In this document: piece by piece, positions 46,090 through 55,852 of the stretch
Layout of the letters: each line of letters starts with the position of its first letter
How positions within the stretch are numbered: the stretch's first letter is position 1
IMG/VR virus record: IMGVR_UViG_3300033997_000092
Coordinates: 1 to 64,000 of that record
Direction: 5' to 3' (one strand)
DNA length: 64,000 nt
Notes under the pieces: model-generated
What the model saw: only the letters and a program-made list of their open reading frames with translations
Told to the model about the DNA's origin: nothing
The model's database searches: none
Translations under genes and position numbers: made by a program

Positions 46090-48018
46090 CTATGTTCCTA
46101 TCAAGCATAATATGTCACGTAAGAATCTGTTGAGTAATCTACGTAACCTATCAAGTCTGGTATTAGGGGACCTTAAACGATCAAGCGAATAGTTGTCCAG
46201 ACATTTATCTGGAAAGCGTTCTGCTATAGCAGCGTTTAAGTGGTCTGTCTTAAATTGTTTACAGTTAGTGAACAGGCTAGGAGCAGTTAAATAGCCTCCA
46301 TTGATGTCACCACTTGCAACAAGAGCGTTGAGTGCCGCCAAAAGCAAAGCAGATAAACCTTCAACTTTGCCGAGCCTGCTCTCTATCATGCGTAACAGTG
46401 GTCCTAAGTTTAAGCGAACAAAGTCCAACGCAAACTTTTGTAGTGGAAGTAACTTACCGCACTGTTCCAGAGTAGACTTGGCTGAAGCAAACTCCAGCAT
46501 AACAGCAGCAAGCATATCGTAAGAGTTTCCGTACTTAGAACGTAAATCATCTAAGCCAAGTGTACCACTCTCAGCAAGAAATTCTTGTTCCAATCTATCA
46601 ATCTTAGACATGCTATCACTTACATAAGTATCTAGCACTGACTGGTTGTTTGTGTCCAATGGATTGAACGTATCAAGGAACGGACGATTGTTGAGACTAC
46701 TAACAGCAGCCTTTAAATTTGTGTTCTGTTGGCTTGCTATTGATTTGGTGTTATCAATATCAGAGAACTGAGCAACACTATCACGGGCACCTTCGAATTC
46801 AGGCTTACCTGAACTAGGCTTCTGGTTCTTTGAGCCCAGTGTCGGTGTGTTACCACTCTCAGTAACATGGTGACGGTATAAGGTGTAGAGTTCGCTGTAG
46901 TGGGGTCCGTTAGATACAAGTGTTACGTTACCAACTACATAAACGCCAGAGTCTGCCTGATTGAGAACTAAGTCAGTTCCAAGCATACGCATTGCTTTAA
47001 ACTCAACTGTGGAAAACACAGGAATCGACACCTGCGTATCAATTTGCACACGAATAGCTTGATTGAACAAAGCTAACATGCGTTGGTTGCGGTATTTAGC
47101 TTCGTAATATTTCTTGTGTCCATTACTAGCACCAATATCACCCACACCAGAATCAAAATAAGCACTGCTGGACATGCGGGCATATTTAAAGCTCTCATGC
47201 TTTTCCTGATTGACTGCTACACCATCTTCCATTATTGGAGCAGTAATCTTGTCGTATGTGTCTAAATCGCCTGACATACGTGTCTGCACAGTAGCAGTGC
47301 CATAGTTGGCTAAGGCGTTTAGTAGTCCTGTTGGAGCCATCGGCTGATAAGCAACGGCTAAGAATGTTTTGCTGTCCGATGTACGTGACTCTCCGACTAC
47401 ACCGTCGAATATAGTGTACTCAGGTTCTTGTGTAGCTGCTTTCATCATATCGACATAGTGGAATGTTTTGTCCACATCCACGATAGCGGCCATAACACTT
47501 TCATCGTTTTTGTATGAGTAAGCGGCAATCTTTGCAGCAAACTGGGCACGGCTTACACCTACACCAATCCACTTCATCTTATCATCTGTTGATTCTTCGC
47601 TCTCAAACTTCAATCCTGCTTTAGAGCAAAGTTCACGCAAAGCATCTACGGATGTCCCATTGAATACCTCTGACTGTGCACCAAAAGAATATTTAGGCAC
47701 AGACAGTAAGCAAGTACACTGGAAAATAACACCTGTTGAAGAAGGCTGTGTGTTCTTATTCAAAAACTCAAGCTCTACCTTCTTGTTGAAATCGCGCTTA
47801 CCAAAGGACAGTGTTATTCTTGTGCCATCGGTAAGAGCGAGTTTTCCAGTGAGTATGTTCTTTGTGTCATTCAACGTGAGTACAGCAGCAGGAATAGGAA
47901 ATCCAAACCCATAATAGATTCGCATACCAGCAAACAGGTTTTCTGCGTACGGTATCGGCTCGTCGTTGATCAGTATTGATACGGACAGTACGTCCTTTAT
48001 TGCTGATTGATTTGTCAT
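46090..48018 (-). CDS. baseplate hub protein (gp27-like) with a C-terminal extension
   Basis: Position next to the spike; size; hub-like domain succession. Confidence 0.6.
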   Translation of the reverse strand: MTNQSAIKDVLSVSILINDEPIPYAENLFAGMRIYYGFGFPIPAAVLTLNDTKNILTGKLALTDGTRITLSFGKRDFNKKVELEFLNKNTQPSSTGVIFQCTCLLSVPKYSFGAQSEVFNGTSVDALRELCSKAGLKFESEESTDDKMKWIGVGVSRAQFAAKIAAYSYKNDESVMAAIVDVDKTFHYVDMMKAATQEPEYTIFDGVVGESRTSDSKTFLAVAYQPMAPTGLLNALANYGTATVQTRMSGDLDTYDKITAPIMEDGVAVNQEKHESFKYARMSSSAYFDSGVGDIGASNGHKKYYEAKYRNQRMLALFNQAIRVQIDTQVSIPVFSTVEFKAMRMLGTDLVLNQADSGVYVVGNVTLVSNGPHYSELYTLYRHHVTESGNTPTLGSKNQKPSSGKPEFEGARDSVAQFSDIDNTKSIASQQNTNLKAAVSSLNNRPFLDTFNPLDTNNQSVLDTYVSDSMSKIDRLEQEFLAESGTLGLDDLRSKYGNSYDMLAAVMLEFASAKSTLEQCGKLLPLQKFALDFVRLNLGPLLRMIESRLGKVEGLSALLLAALNALVASGDINGGYLTAPSLFTNCKQFKTDHLNAAIAERFPDKCLDNYSLDRLRSPNTRLDRLRRLLNRFLRDILCLIGT

Positions 48019-48335
48019 ATGGTAATAGTTCCTACTACGCCACGTGAAGATCGTGTTGGATTCAATATCAATTTGACTGTAGCTGCATTAGGTATTTGAA
48101 TCTTAGTTCCTTCGACAAAAGCAAAAGAGTCTCCAATGCCGTTATAAAACAAGATTACCCAATAAAGCTCGACACTACCTAAACGGTCATGTGCGAGAAG
48201 TTGAGGGTTACCACTATACTTAGCAGTAACCGTAAATGGCGATGAATCTGATATAGCAAGGATTCTATCGATAATATCGGTAGCAATAGGATCTTGCCCA
48301 AATTCATCAAACGCTAGAGCTGATCTTCTTGTCAT
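48015..48335 (-). CDS. baseplate wedge protein (gp53/LysM-like)
   Basis: LLAHDRLGSVELYWVILFYN...GTKIQIP pattern. Confidence 0.72.
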   Translation of the reverse strand: MTRRSALAFDEFGQDPIATDIIDRILAISDSSPFTVTAKYSGNPQLLAHDRLGSVELYWVILFYNGIGDSFAFVEGTKIQIPNAATVKLILNPTRSSRGVVGTITI

Positions 48336-48347
48336 ATCAAAGCTTCC

Positions 48348-49058
48348 TTAAGAACCAAATCCACCTTTCAACCAAGCACGTATGTCATCTTTGGTAACAG
48401 CAAAATAACTACGCAACTCTACGTTAAGGTCTATTGTCATTGGATTACCAGTCTCATGCTCAGGCTGAGAAGACACAGCGGCGGTAACACTTGTTACAAT
48501 GCACGGAGTCATCCGGAACCATTTACCGAGCTGACAAACTATCAATTGGTCTTCATTGATTGGAATATCAATGCCCATTTGACTTGCCACTTCAGCTATA
48601 GGCACAGGACCAGGAGGAACAAGTACACCAGCGGGTGATAAGTCAGGAGTAACAAACAACGATATGTCTTCCAATTTTTGAATAACTTCGTCCTTTGTGC
48701 TACGTAAAGCAATCAAGTGTATAGGAAGGCTTAACTCAAGATAAGCTGGGCCTTCCCACATTTGAGCGCTAAGCATCTTCATCTTAGATGATGCACCAGC
48801 AGCACCAGCAGCACGTTCAAGCATGGCGCCCTGTTGGCCAGCAACAGTTTCAGCTACAGACATAGTGGGAAACATAGGTCCCCACTGTGACTGCAATGTT
48901 ATCTGAAAGTCAGCAGGAACATATCCCTGAAACGATAAGCTACCAGATTGGTTGTATATGTGGGTCTTATGAATGGCATCTACATGGATACCACTAGACT
49001 GTTGAGGACTAGCGGCAGGAACTGTAATACCTGATACATTACGTTTCAAATAGTTCAT
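48348..49058 (-). CDS. baseplate tail-tube cap/initiator-like protein
   Basis: Position after the tape measure; tube-fold-like pattern (CIVTSVT...P..IDLNVEL). Confidence 0.55.
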   Translation of the reverse strand: MNYLKRNVSGITVPAASPQQSSGIHVDAIHKTHIYNQSGSLSFQGYVPADFQITLQSQWGPMFPTMSVAETVAGQQGAMLERAAGAAGASSKMKMLSAQMWEGPAYLELSLPIHLIALRSTKDEVIQKLEDISLFVTPDLSPAGVLVPPGPVPIAEVASQMGIDIPINEDQLIVCQLGKWFRMTPCIVTSVTAAVSSQPEHETGNPMTIDLNVELRSYFAVTKDDIRAWLKGGFGS

Positions 49059-51463
49059 TACACTTGTCCCAGATTTAATAACTGAAGTACAGGGTCATCA
49101 ATATGCAGAGGAACCGTAGCCAGTGTAGGCTTGGTACTAGCTGCAACTTGATTAGAGCGTTCCTGTGCTTTACCTTGATGTCCGTGAACAACTTTAGCAG
49201 TCGCTTTTGGTTTCGATTCTTTTGGTTTCGATCCCGCTGCAACAGCAGCTTCCAGACGAGAAGTAGCAGCGTCACGGTCTTCCTGCTCATATACATAAAC
49301 AGGACTGCGTGGCACTATTATCTGGTCTGAGTCTTGCCCTTCGCGATACATCTTATCGAATTCAGCATCAGAGTAACGAGGACCTGAGCCATATTCAACT
49401 GTGCTGGAGGTTTCAGTAATCTTTTTCTTAGGAGGATTACTTGCTGTGTTTGGTATACCAGGATTAACTGTTGGTTTGGGAGCAGGAGAGTCGGAGTCAC
49501 GGCTAAACTTGTTGAACATAGAGGAAAAGAATCCTCCACCTTCTTCAACTTCACGCTCGGTAGTATCTATCATCTTAGTGATGCGTTCGGTTGAATCAAG
49601 TTGACTATCTTGAATCTCCCTAGATACTTCTCCAAGTTCTTCCTGTTGATCTGCTCCAAACTTAAAGAAGTTTTCAATGGAGTTTTGTGTAGTGGTAGAA
49701 TCATCTAACACATCAGCACCCACATCGTAAATCTTTTCAGCAGCTTTCTCACCAAGATCAGCAAGACCTAATTCTTCAGCAGCAAAATATCCTGCAACGC
49801 TACCAAGCAATCCACCTATAGCCGTACCGACCAGTGGAACTACACTTCCTATAGCTGCCCCAGCTGCGGCACCTGCCAATGCTCCAGATTGTTTTCCTGC
49901 AAATCTGCCTAATAAACCAGCAGTGCCTTTATCACGCTCTTCCTCTGTAGCGTATTCTTGTTCACGCTGGGCAACAACGTCTTGATACAAAAACACACTA
50001 TCTAAGGCTGAACCAACAAGGCCACCAGCACGTACAGACTTTAAGCCGCCTAATTTTGAATCAACAGGTAGCTTAGTTTTAACATCAGGTGTTACCGTAG
50101 GCTTTATACCAGGAGCCGCTGCGTTGGGAGCAGAAACAGTATCAGGTACAGCAGGAGTACTGGGTGACATTACTTTAGCAGCAGCGTAGCCAGCTCCAGC
50201 TAGGCCTGCTGTAGCAAGCAATGTTCCTGTTGTTAGAAATGAAGAATCTTCCTCAACAGGTTCAGCTTTAGCTTTTTGTTGTGCCAGTTTACGTTCGCGG
50301 CTTTCAAGTCTGATTTGACCTAAACGCTTTTCATCGTAATCATCTTCGGATAATGCCTCTAGTCTCTCACGCTCAACACGGATTTCATCTTCTTCAGCAG
50401 CAATCTGTTCAGGACTTAAAGTGTTCCCGCCAAACGCACCGGATAAACCCCCCATACCATACTTAGTAAGAGCGCTATCAGCGATAAGAGCTCCTGTACC
50501 AGCGAGTAATGTGCCGCCTGCGATAGTAGCTAAGTTGTCACGTATGCCATTGTACACCCAACCAGCAGCACGTCCAAATTTACCGCCTGCTTTTGCTTTT
50601 GGTGCGTCAGAAGTATTGTCAGGAAAGTCTGCATCTATACGTGTAGGAAGATTGATTTCATCTACAACAGTCGGTAAATTCATACGACGAGAAGGTTTAG
50701 CATCTACGTCGGGACCAACTGTGCGTTTACGTTGTTTACCGTATTCGCGTACATCAGCATTAGTTTCTTTCTTAGGCTTACGGCGCTGCTCTGCTTCAGG
50801 CTCTACAGTGCGTTTACGTCTGCGGCTAGGAATATCGTCGTCAACATCAGGCATACGTCTTGACGAACGACGGCGTTTAGCATCAACATCAGTGTCACCT
50901 TTGCCCTTACCACGGCGGCGCTTCTTGCGTTTGCCAGGCATATCGAAGCCAATAAGATCATCGAGGAGTCCTAGTAAACCATCGCCCATGTCAGTTTGTT
51001 GGTTCAACAGGTTCTGCTGGTTTGCTTTGCTTTGGATAGCCATGTTGGCTTCTTTACGCAACGCATCTTTCCTACGTTGTTTCTCGGCTGCCTTGTACTG
51101 CTTGTCCAAAACATCGTACATGCTCTCAAGTAATTCAGTTTGTTTTTCTGATTGTGCATGTATAGCAAGTAATCCGCCTTCAAGCATATCCAAGTCGATG
51201 TCAACAATTTCCTTGTCATCATCTGATTTAGATACAGTAACATTTATCTCTGGAGGCAGACCAGCATCGACTTCAATAGCGGGTTTATACTCACCCTGAC
51301 GCCGATTGATCATGTCTGTACCAGGAGTAACTACATCAACAAGTTCCTGCATATCATCATGTAGGAGTTCTGCTTGATCTAGCATAGCGCCGAAGAAATC
51401 GATAGAGTTATCCAACAAGTCATGGACATTACTATCGATTTGCGTGAGTTGGATTTCCATCAA
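49058..51463 (-). CDS. tape measure protein
   Basis: 801 aa, coiled-coil, Gly/Ala-rich hydrophobic zippers; lies between chaperones and baseplate genes. Confidence 0.7.
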   Translation of the reverse strand: MMEIQLTQIDSNVHDLLDNSIDFFGAMLDQAELLHDDMQELVDVVTPGTDMINRRQGEYKPAIEVDAGLPPEINVTVSKSDDDKEIVDIDLDMLEGGLLAIHAQSEKQTELLESMYDVLDKQYKAAEKQRRKDALRKEANMAIQSKANQQNLLNQQTDMGDGLLGLLDDLIGFDMPGKRKKRRRGKGKGDTDVDAKRRRSSRRMPDVDDDIPSRRRKRTVEPEAEQRRKPKKETNADVREYGKQRKRTVGPDVDAKPSRRMNLPTVVDEINLPTRIDADFPDNTSDAPKAKAGGKFGRAAGWVYNGIRDNLATIAGGTLLAGTGALIADSALTKYGMGGLSGAFGGNTLSPEQIAAEEDEIRVERERLEALSEDDYDEKRLGQIRLESRERKLAQQKAKAEPVEEDSSFLTTGTLLATAGLAGAGYAAAKVMSPSTPAVPDTVSAPNAAAPGIKPTVTPDVKTKLPVDSKLGGLKSVRAGGLVGSALDSVFLYQDVVAQREQEYATEEERDKGTAGLLGRFAGKQSGALAGAAAGAAIGSVVPLVGTAIGGLLGSVAGYFAAEELGLADLGEKAAEKIYDVGADVLDDSTTTQNSIENFFKFGADQQEELGEVSREIQDSQLDSTERITKMIDTTEREVEEGGGFFSSMFNKFSRDSDSPAPKPTVNPGIPNTASNPPKKKITETSSTVEYGSGPRYSDAEFDKMYREGQDSDQIIVPRSPVYVYEQEDRDAATSRLEAAVAAGSKPKESKPKATAKVVHGHQGKAQERSNQVAASTKPTLATVPLHIDDPVLQLLNLGQV

Positions 51464-52431
51464 TCACCTCTCGGTCGTCGTTGCGCCTTCTTCATACGGG
51501 CAGCAGCAATTTTATCTTGTTTATCTTTCTGATAAGCGCTGTGCCAATACAACAATTTCTGCAAAGGTGTATCTTCACCTAGAGTGCAGTGCAATTTACC
51601 CATCAATGTGTACTGCATATTCATAACGCTGTCGCTTGATACAACAGGCAGCGAGTTGAACCCATCAAGCTCTTTTGTAACTGTAGGACTGTGACCGCAA
51701 TCACCACATAAAAGTTTGTAGGATAACGAAACCGAATGCTTGTATTTATCACGCAACGCAAATGAGTATGCGTTTTCTTCTGCTATAGATTCACCTAGTG
51801 ATTTGAACTGATCCAGTTTCTCTTGTACTGTCTTACCGTTTAACCACAACAGCAGATTGCGGAATTGAGAAAGCGAAGGCCATTCATTCAAATCTTCCAT
51901 GTCGTCAAGGACTATAGCATCGTGCAATGTTGGAAGTGAATATGTGGTGCCTACATCGGTATAGTAAGATGACCAGTCAACACTGGGAATGATATAGCTG
52001 TACATATATGGATAGAGAAGTTGTGTGTTCTTCCTACCACAAGTGCGCCGTTCCAAGTTTTGGGCAGCTAGTTCCTGCTTTCCTAATTCAAACTTACCTA
52101 GAACTATATTGCGCGGGTCATCTATGTCAGAAATGACTTGAGCCAGACAGTCCCACGTAGAAGTTATTGGCGCATCGGTGTAGCTAAGCTTCCTGATATA
52201 CGAGAATACGTAGCCAATCTCGTCCAGTGTTATGCTCAGTATATCACTGTCATCCAATCCAACACAAACATTACGAAGTAACAAGAACACATCACTTGGT
52301 CTGTGCATGTTCCTGATGGCTTCTATCATAGGCATATCTGCTAAACAAAGCTGCCTTATATAGAGGCTGGAAAAACGATAAAAGCGGTAACCCGTAGGTA
52401 AACCGCCTATAAAATGTACTGGTAGTGTCAT
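51460..52431 (-). CDS. baseplate hub/tail assembly chaperone (gp26/gp51-like)
   Basis: Zn-ribbon Cys pairs; position upstream of the tape measure. Confidence 0.55.
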   Translation of the reverse strand: MTLPVHFIGGLPTGYRFYRFSSLYIRQLCLADMPMIEAIRNMHRPSDVFLLLRNVCVGLDDSDILSITLDEIGYVFSYIRKLSYTDAPITSTWDCLAQVISDIDDPRNIVLGKFELGKQELAAQNLERRTCGRKNTQLLYPYMYSYIIPSVDWSSYYTDVGTTYSLPTLHDAIVLDDMEDLNEWPSLSQFRNLLLWLNGKTVQEKLDQFKSLGESIAEENAYSFALRDKYKHSVSLSYKLLCGDCGHSPTVTKELDGFNSLPVVSSDSVMNMQYTLMGKLHCTLGEDTPLQKLLYWHSAYQKDKQDKIAAARMKKAQRRPRGD

Positions 52432-53285
52432 CTGAAGAAAGAGTGCGCTGATACACTGTAAGTACGTGAGTCCGTCTGCGCCTTACATAAATCACAAGGA
52501 GGACACTGTAACTCATGCACTATACCGTGGGTGGTAGACACATAGAACTTAGAAGCATCATCTATCAATTCAACGGCATTTTCCAACCCACGCAACGTAT
52601 TTATTCTGTCCGTAAGTGTGTGGCCATATTTTAATGGATTTAGGCAGCTGGCCATAGGCAGAAGTTTACGCAGTCGTGGTTGCTCTGCATACAGCTTTTT
52701 GTATTCTGGTATTGTGTCCACACGTGGAATAATGAAATCTTCCGTTTCTTGTTGTGTTTCATCTATATAGCGCAAGTTGGCTATGATAGTTGGAACATCA
52801 ATTGACTTGCGATTGTTGTGGCCGCAGTCCTGCAAACTTCCACGATAGTGATTTTCGTAGTTGTTCTGCATGTGTGTGACAATGCGATTTATTTTACCAG
52901 GACTGAGATTGGTAAACATAAAGTTCTGTGGATCTATACGCATAGCAGATGCCAACATATCATCGTCAGGAACAGCTCCAGTGAAAGCAATTTGAAGATT
53001 TGTACCTGAACACGTCCACAGCCATTCAATAGGTGATTTTGGAAAAGTAAGAACACGGATAATTGATGCAAACGCATAGAAGTCGCCAGATGTCATAAGG
53101 TCGTTTAAACCACTGGCAGCCTGCACAGCTTTGACAAAAAGAGTTTCATCTTCAGTTTCTACGCTGGCACTGCACATCATCATTTCTTCTACACCAAATG
53201 CCCGGACAGTAATCTGGTCAGGCGTATTCGGGTACAATATTCCACGAGAAGCTAAATCAGTTTTATTCATAACATGGGTATTCAT
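52428..53285 (-). CDS. baseplate hub/tail assembly chaperone (gp26/gp51-like)
   Basis: LASRGILYP...ITVRAFGVEE start typical of this class; CDLC motif. Confidence 0.6.
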   Translation of the reverse strand: MNTHVMNKTDLASRGILYPNTPDQITVRAFGVEEMMMCSASVETEDETLFVKAVQAASGLNDLMTSGDFYAFASIIRVLTFPKSPIEWLWTCSGTNLQIAFTGAVPDDDMLASAMRIDPQNFMFTNLSPGKINRIVTHMQNNYENHYRGSLQDCGHNNRKSIDVPTIIANLRYIDETQQETEDFIIPRVDTIPEYKKLYAEQPRLRKLLPMASCLNPLKYGHTLTDRINTLRGLENAVELIDDASKFYVSTTHGIVHELQCPPCDLCKAQTDSRTYSVSAHSFFR

Positions 53286-53310
53286 AACGATCTCCGTCGG
53301 CTCTTTGTTC

Positions 53311-53850
53311 TTATGTATTTACAGATGATCCCTGACCTACTCTAAGGATTTGAGCCGTACAAGCCATCTGAATATTCAATCTCACCCGGTTGTTTTCTTG
53401 GTTGAGTGCTAGAGTTGATATAGATATTGGCCACACATTGTAAACTGTAGACGTACCTATATCTTCGTTTTTGGTATTCATCAGAGTAACAGGTAAGTTT
53501 CTCCAATAAACAGCAGGAACATTGTATCCACCGGACAGTGGATTCTGGACAAGGTGCTTCCAAGTAAGGAAGTAATCCATAGCGCTTAACTTCTGGTCTT
53601 CGTAAACAGTAAGCTCGAAACTATCGATGCTAGATGTTCCTGGTAAAGACAGAGTTGTAGCTGCTATTTCCTTAGTGTTCTGGTTGAACTGAGCAAAGGG
53701 CAATCCAACTTCCTCACAATAAGATGTAGGAAGTGTTTTACCTGCTATGTCTGGAAACGCACGTAAGTACCATTTCCAAGCAAGCAACGGCTCACCAGCG
53801 CCACTATGCACCTGCCTCAACTTATTGATGTCGAGCAGTTCTTTTCCCAT
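53311..53850 (-). CDS. tail tube-like paralog (tube initiator, gp54-like)
   Basis: Tube fold pattern LTVYED...YFLTW...VWPISI. Confidence 0.65.
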   Translation of the reverse strand: MGKELLDINKLRQVHSGAGEPLLAWKWYLRAFPDIAGKTLPTSYCEEVGLPFAQFNQNTKEIAATTLSLPGTSSIDSFELTVYEDQKLSAMDYFLTWKHLVQNPLSGGYNVPAVYWRNLPVTLMNTKNEDIGTSTVYNVWPISISTLALNQENNRVRLNIQMACTAQILRVGQGSSVNT

Positions 53851-54230
53851 TAACCGACCGTCATATCAAATGTATCGAATAGGGTACGAGCGGCATTGGA
53901 TTCTATTGTCGACCAGAAAGCATCAGGCAACTTCTTGTTATCTGGTTTACGAGAAGACATAACTTCATCGTACCAACTATCTACCATAGCAACAAAAGAC
54001 GACTTAATGTTTTGTATTGCACGAAGTACATCTTGGTTACGGAAAGCAAGAGCAGCTAGCAGGCTGGAAGCATGTTTAGCATGTGTCTTTGACCGTTGGC
54101 CGATAGTAACAAGTTTCTCGCATAAGTCTTCTGGAACCTGAGCGGCTTTAAGATTCTGCTTGATAGTAGGCAACGACACGAAAAGAGTTCCTTGCCTCAT
54201 TACAGTAGGTGACGCATGTGTTTTAATCAT
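53850..54230 (-). CDS. hypothetical protein
   Basis: AAGGA RBS; TAATG coupling. Confidence 0.7.
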   Translation of the reverse strand: MIKTHASPTVMRQGTLFVSLPTIKQNLKAAQVPEDLCEKLVTIGQRSKTHAKHASSLLAALAFRNQDVLRAIQNIKSSFVAMVDSWYDEVMSSRKPDNKKLPDAFWSTIESNAARTLFDTFDMTVG

Positions 54231-54239
54231 TGTCTTTCC

Positions 54240-54929
54240 TTATAATATCACGGACATCAGATGGTAAAGCTTGCCATCAATACGAGCAGAGCCAAATTCT
54301 ACATCAACTGTTCTATCCAGTTTTTCAACAGCGCGTTCACTGTCGTCTTCCCACTTACCGTAAGCTAATGGCTGGAGCCCTTTCTTGTCTTGATATTGAC
54401 GCAGTACAGGTTCAGCATCATAGTAATAGTAGACTTCCCCAGGAAGCATTTCTTGGGCGAACAAAAACTTAATCTTGTTCATACCAGGAACTTTGATTTT
54501 TTGCAGCTTAGCAGTAACCAATTTGTCTTCGCGTATTTGCGATTTGAACGGGCTAGTTCCTGTAGGAGCAGCCGCTTTTGGTTGAGCGTCAGGCTTGCTT
54601 ACTTTAACGAGTGTGTCGAGTTGTTCAGGGCCAGGCAACACAGGTCTGCCATTTACCTTACCTTTATAAGGCTTTGACGCATCCAGTAGACGTTTAAGCA
54701 CTTTAGGCTCAAACTTAAACTGTATAGATACATCACTTTCGTGGACAACTACAACTTTTGATTTAGTTGCCAGTACACCAAATCTGTCATTCTGATCGAA
54801 GTCAAGATCATACGCACGGTGGACGTTCTTGAACATCAGAGGCTTTTTACCTGTGTACTTGTACCACTTGTAATCTGCTTCTGTTTTCTTAGAGGCAGAT
54901 AGAGATAACATCAGGAGCTTTATACTCAT
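54240..54929 (-). CDS. putative virion/internal protein
   Basis: N-terminal LSLSA motif; domain shared with 36452..39046. Confidence 0.72.
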   Translation of the reverse strand: MSIKLLMLSLSASKKTEADYKWYKYTGKKPLMFKNVHRAYDLDFDQNDRFGVLATKSKVVVVHESDVSIQFKFEPKVLKRLLDASKPYKGKVNGRPVLPGPEQLDTLVKVSKPDAQPKAAAPTGTSPFKSQIREDKLVTAKLQKIKVPGMNKIKFLFAQEMLPGEVYYYYDAEPVLRQYQDKKGLQPLAYGKWEDDSERAVEKLDRTVDVEFGSARIDGKLYHLMSVIL

Positions 54930-55240
54930 CCTTTACCTGCCTTTTGAATGTTTACAATGGTTTGAATACGGCGTACAAGGTTGTTGTACTCCATTTTAAG
55001 GCGCATGGCCTCTGCACGTTTCTTAGCGTGTTTCACAGGGTCACCGCGACGCAGATGAATACTATCCAGCCTAGAGATTATCTTGGCACGAATATTCTTC
55101 AAACGCTTACGGAGTTGCTGTAGCTGAGTACGTGTTAAGTGTTTGCGTCTTGGACCAAAACGGCGCTTACGAGGACCACGATAGATATAAGGCTTTGTCG
55201 TGTTTACGTCTGCATAAGAAACCGATACTGATATAAGCAT
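54926..55240 (-). CDS. very basic small protein, possibly DNA-binding/internal
   Basis: ATG at 55240 after GGAG; ISVSVS N-terminus; Arg/Lys-rich. Confidence 0.7.
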   Translation of the reverse strand: MLISVSVSYADVNTTKPYIYRGPRKRRFGPRRKHLTRTQLQQLRKRLKNIRAKIISRLDSIHLRRGDPVKHAKKRAEAMRLKMEYNNLVRRIQTIVNIQKAGKG

Positions 55241-55249
55241 AATACACTC

Positions 55250-55277
55250 CAGAAACAAAGAAGGGGCCGTAGCCCCT
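55250..55277 (-). terminator. intrinsic terminator after the tail tube gene
   Basis: On the minus strand: AGGGGC-TACG-GCCCCT followed by TCTTTGTTT. Confidence 0.78.
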
Positions 55278-55285
55278 GTCTTTTA

Positions 55286-55840
55286 TTATGCACCAGCAAT
55301 AATACCAGCAGGGCGCGCCATTGGGTTTTGAACGCGGGTGTAGTCATCGAACGCGAACTCTACGTTACAAGGCAAAGCTGTAGCCATACCGTCGAACGTA
55401 AGGTCTTGTACTGCTTTAACCCAGAAGCCGTGAATTTCATATGACTCTTTGGTAGCACCTTTAGCATCAAAGATGTTTAAGGTTGCAGTAACGGCGTATT
55501 CAGATTTGAACAAGCCACGTTGTTCTTCTGTAGTACGTTCAATGTTTGCCCAGTCTTCACAGATTTTGTGAATACGCATGTCAGCGTTTTCCACGAACTC
55601 AGCACTGATAGTACCAGAGAAAGTTTTACGGCCTGCATAACGCAGCGTGTGACCGTGAGCTTCCTGTAATACTTCTTCAATTGTCTGACCGGGTTTGATG
55701 AACGTCTTACATTGCAGACGGAACGCACGGCCACCGTCTGAAGGAAGTCCTGGCGGCAATGCTGGGATAACTAACTCAAAGCTATCTGACAGCAAAGGAT
55801 CGCCTACGGACTTAAATTCACTTAATGTTACCTTAGCCAT
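55286..55840 (-). CDS. tail tube protein (gp19-like)
   Basis: Directly downstream of the sheath; RYAGRKTFSGTISAEFVE pattern. Confidence 0.85.
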   Translation of the reverse strand: MAKVTLSEFKSVGDPLLSDSFELVIPALPPGLPSDGGRAFRLQCKTFIKPGQTIEEVLQEAHGHTLRYAGRKTFSGTISAEFVENADMRIHKICEDWANIERTTEEQRGLFKSEYAVTATLNIFDAKGATKESYEIHGFWVKAVQDLTFDGMATALPCNVEFAFDDYTRVQNPMARPAGIIAGA

Positions 55841-55852
55841 TATCTCGCTCCA

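Noticed and set aside
50421-51299. 292-aa + strand ORF
   Set aside because: Antisense shadow of the tape measure gene; Ser/Arg/Pro-rich composition typical of a reverse frame; no RBS.
51460-53285. Programmed frameshift between the two chaperone genes upstream of the tape measure
   Set aside because: No X-XXY-YYZ slippery site was seen at the junction; a simple ATGA overlap explains the arrangement.
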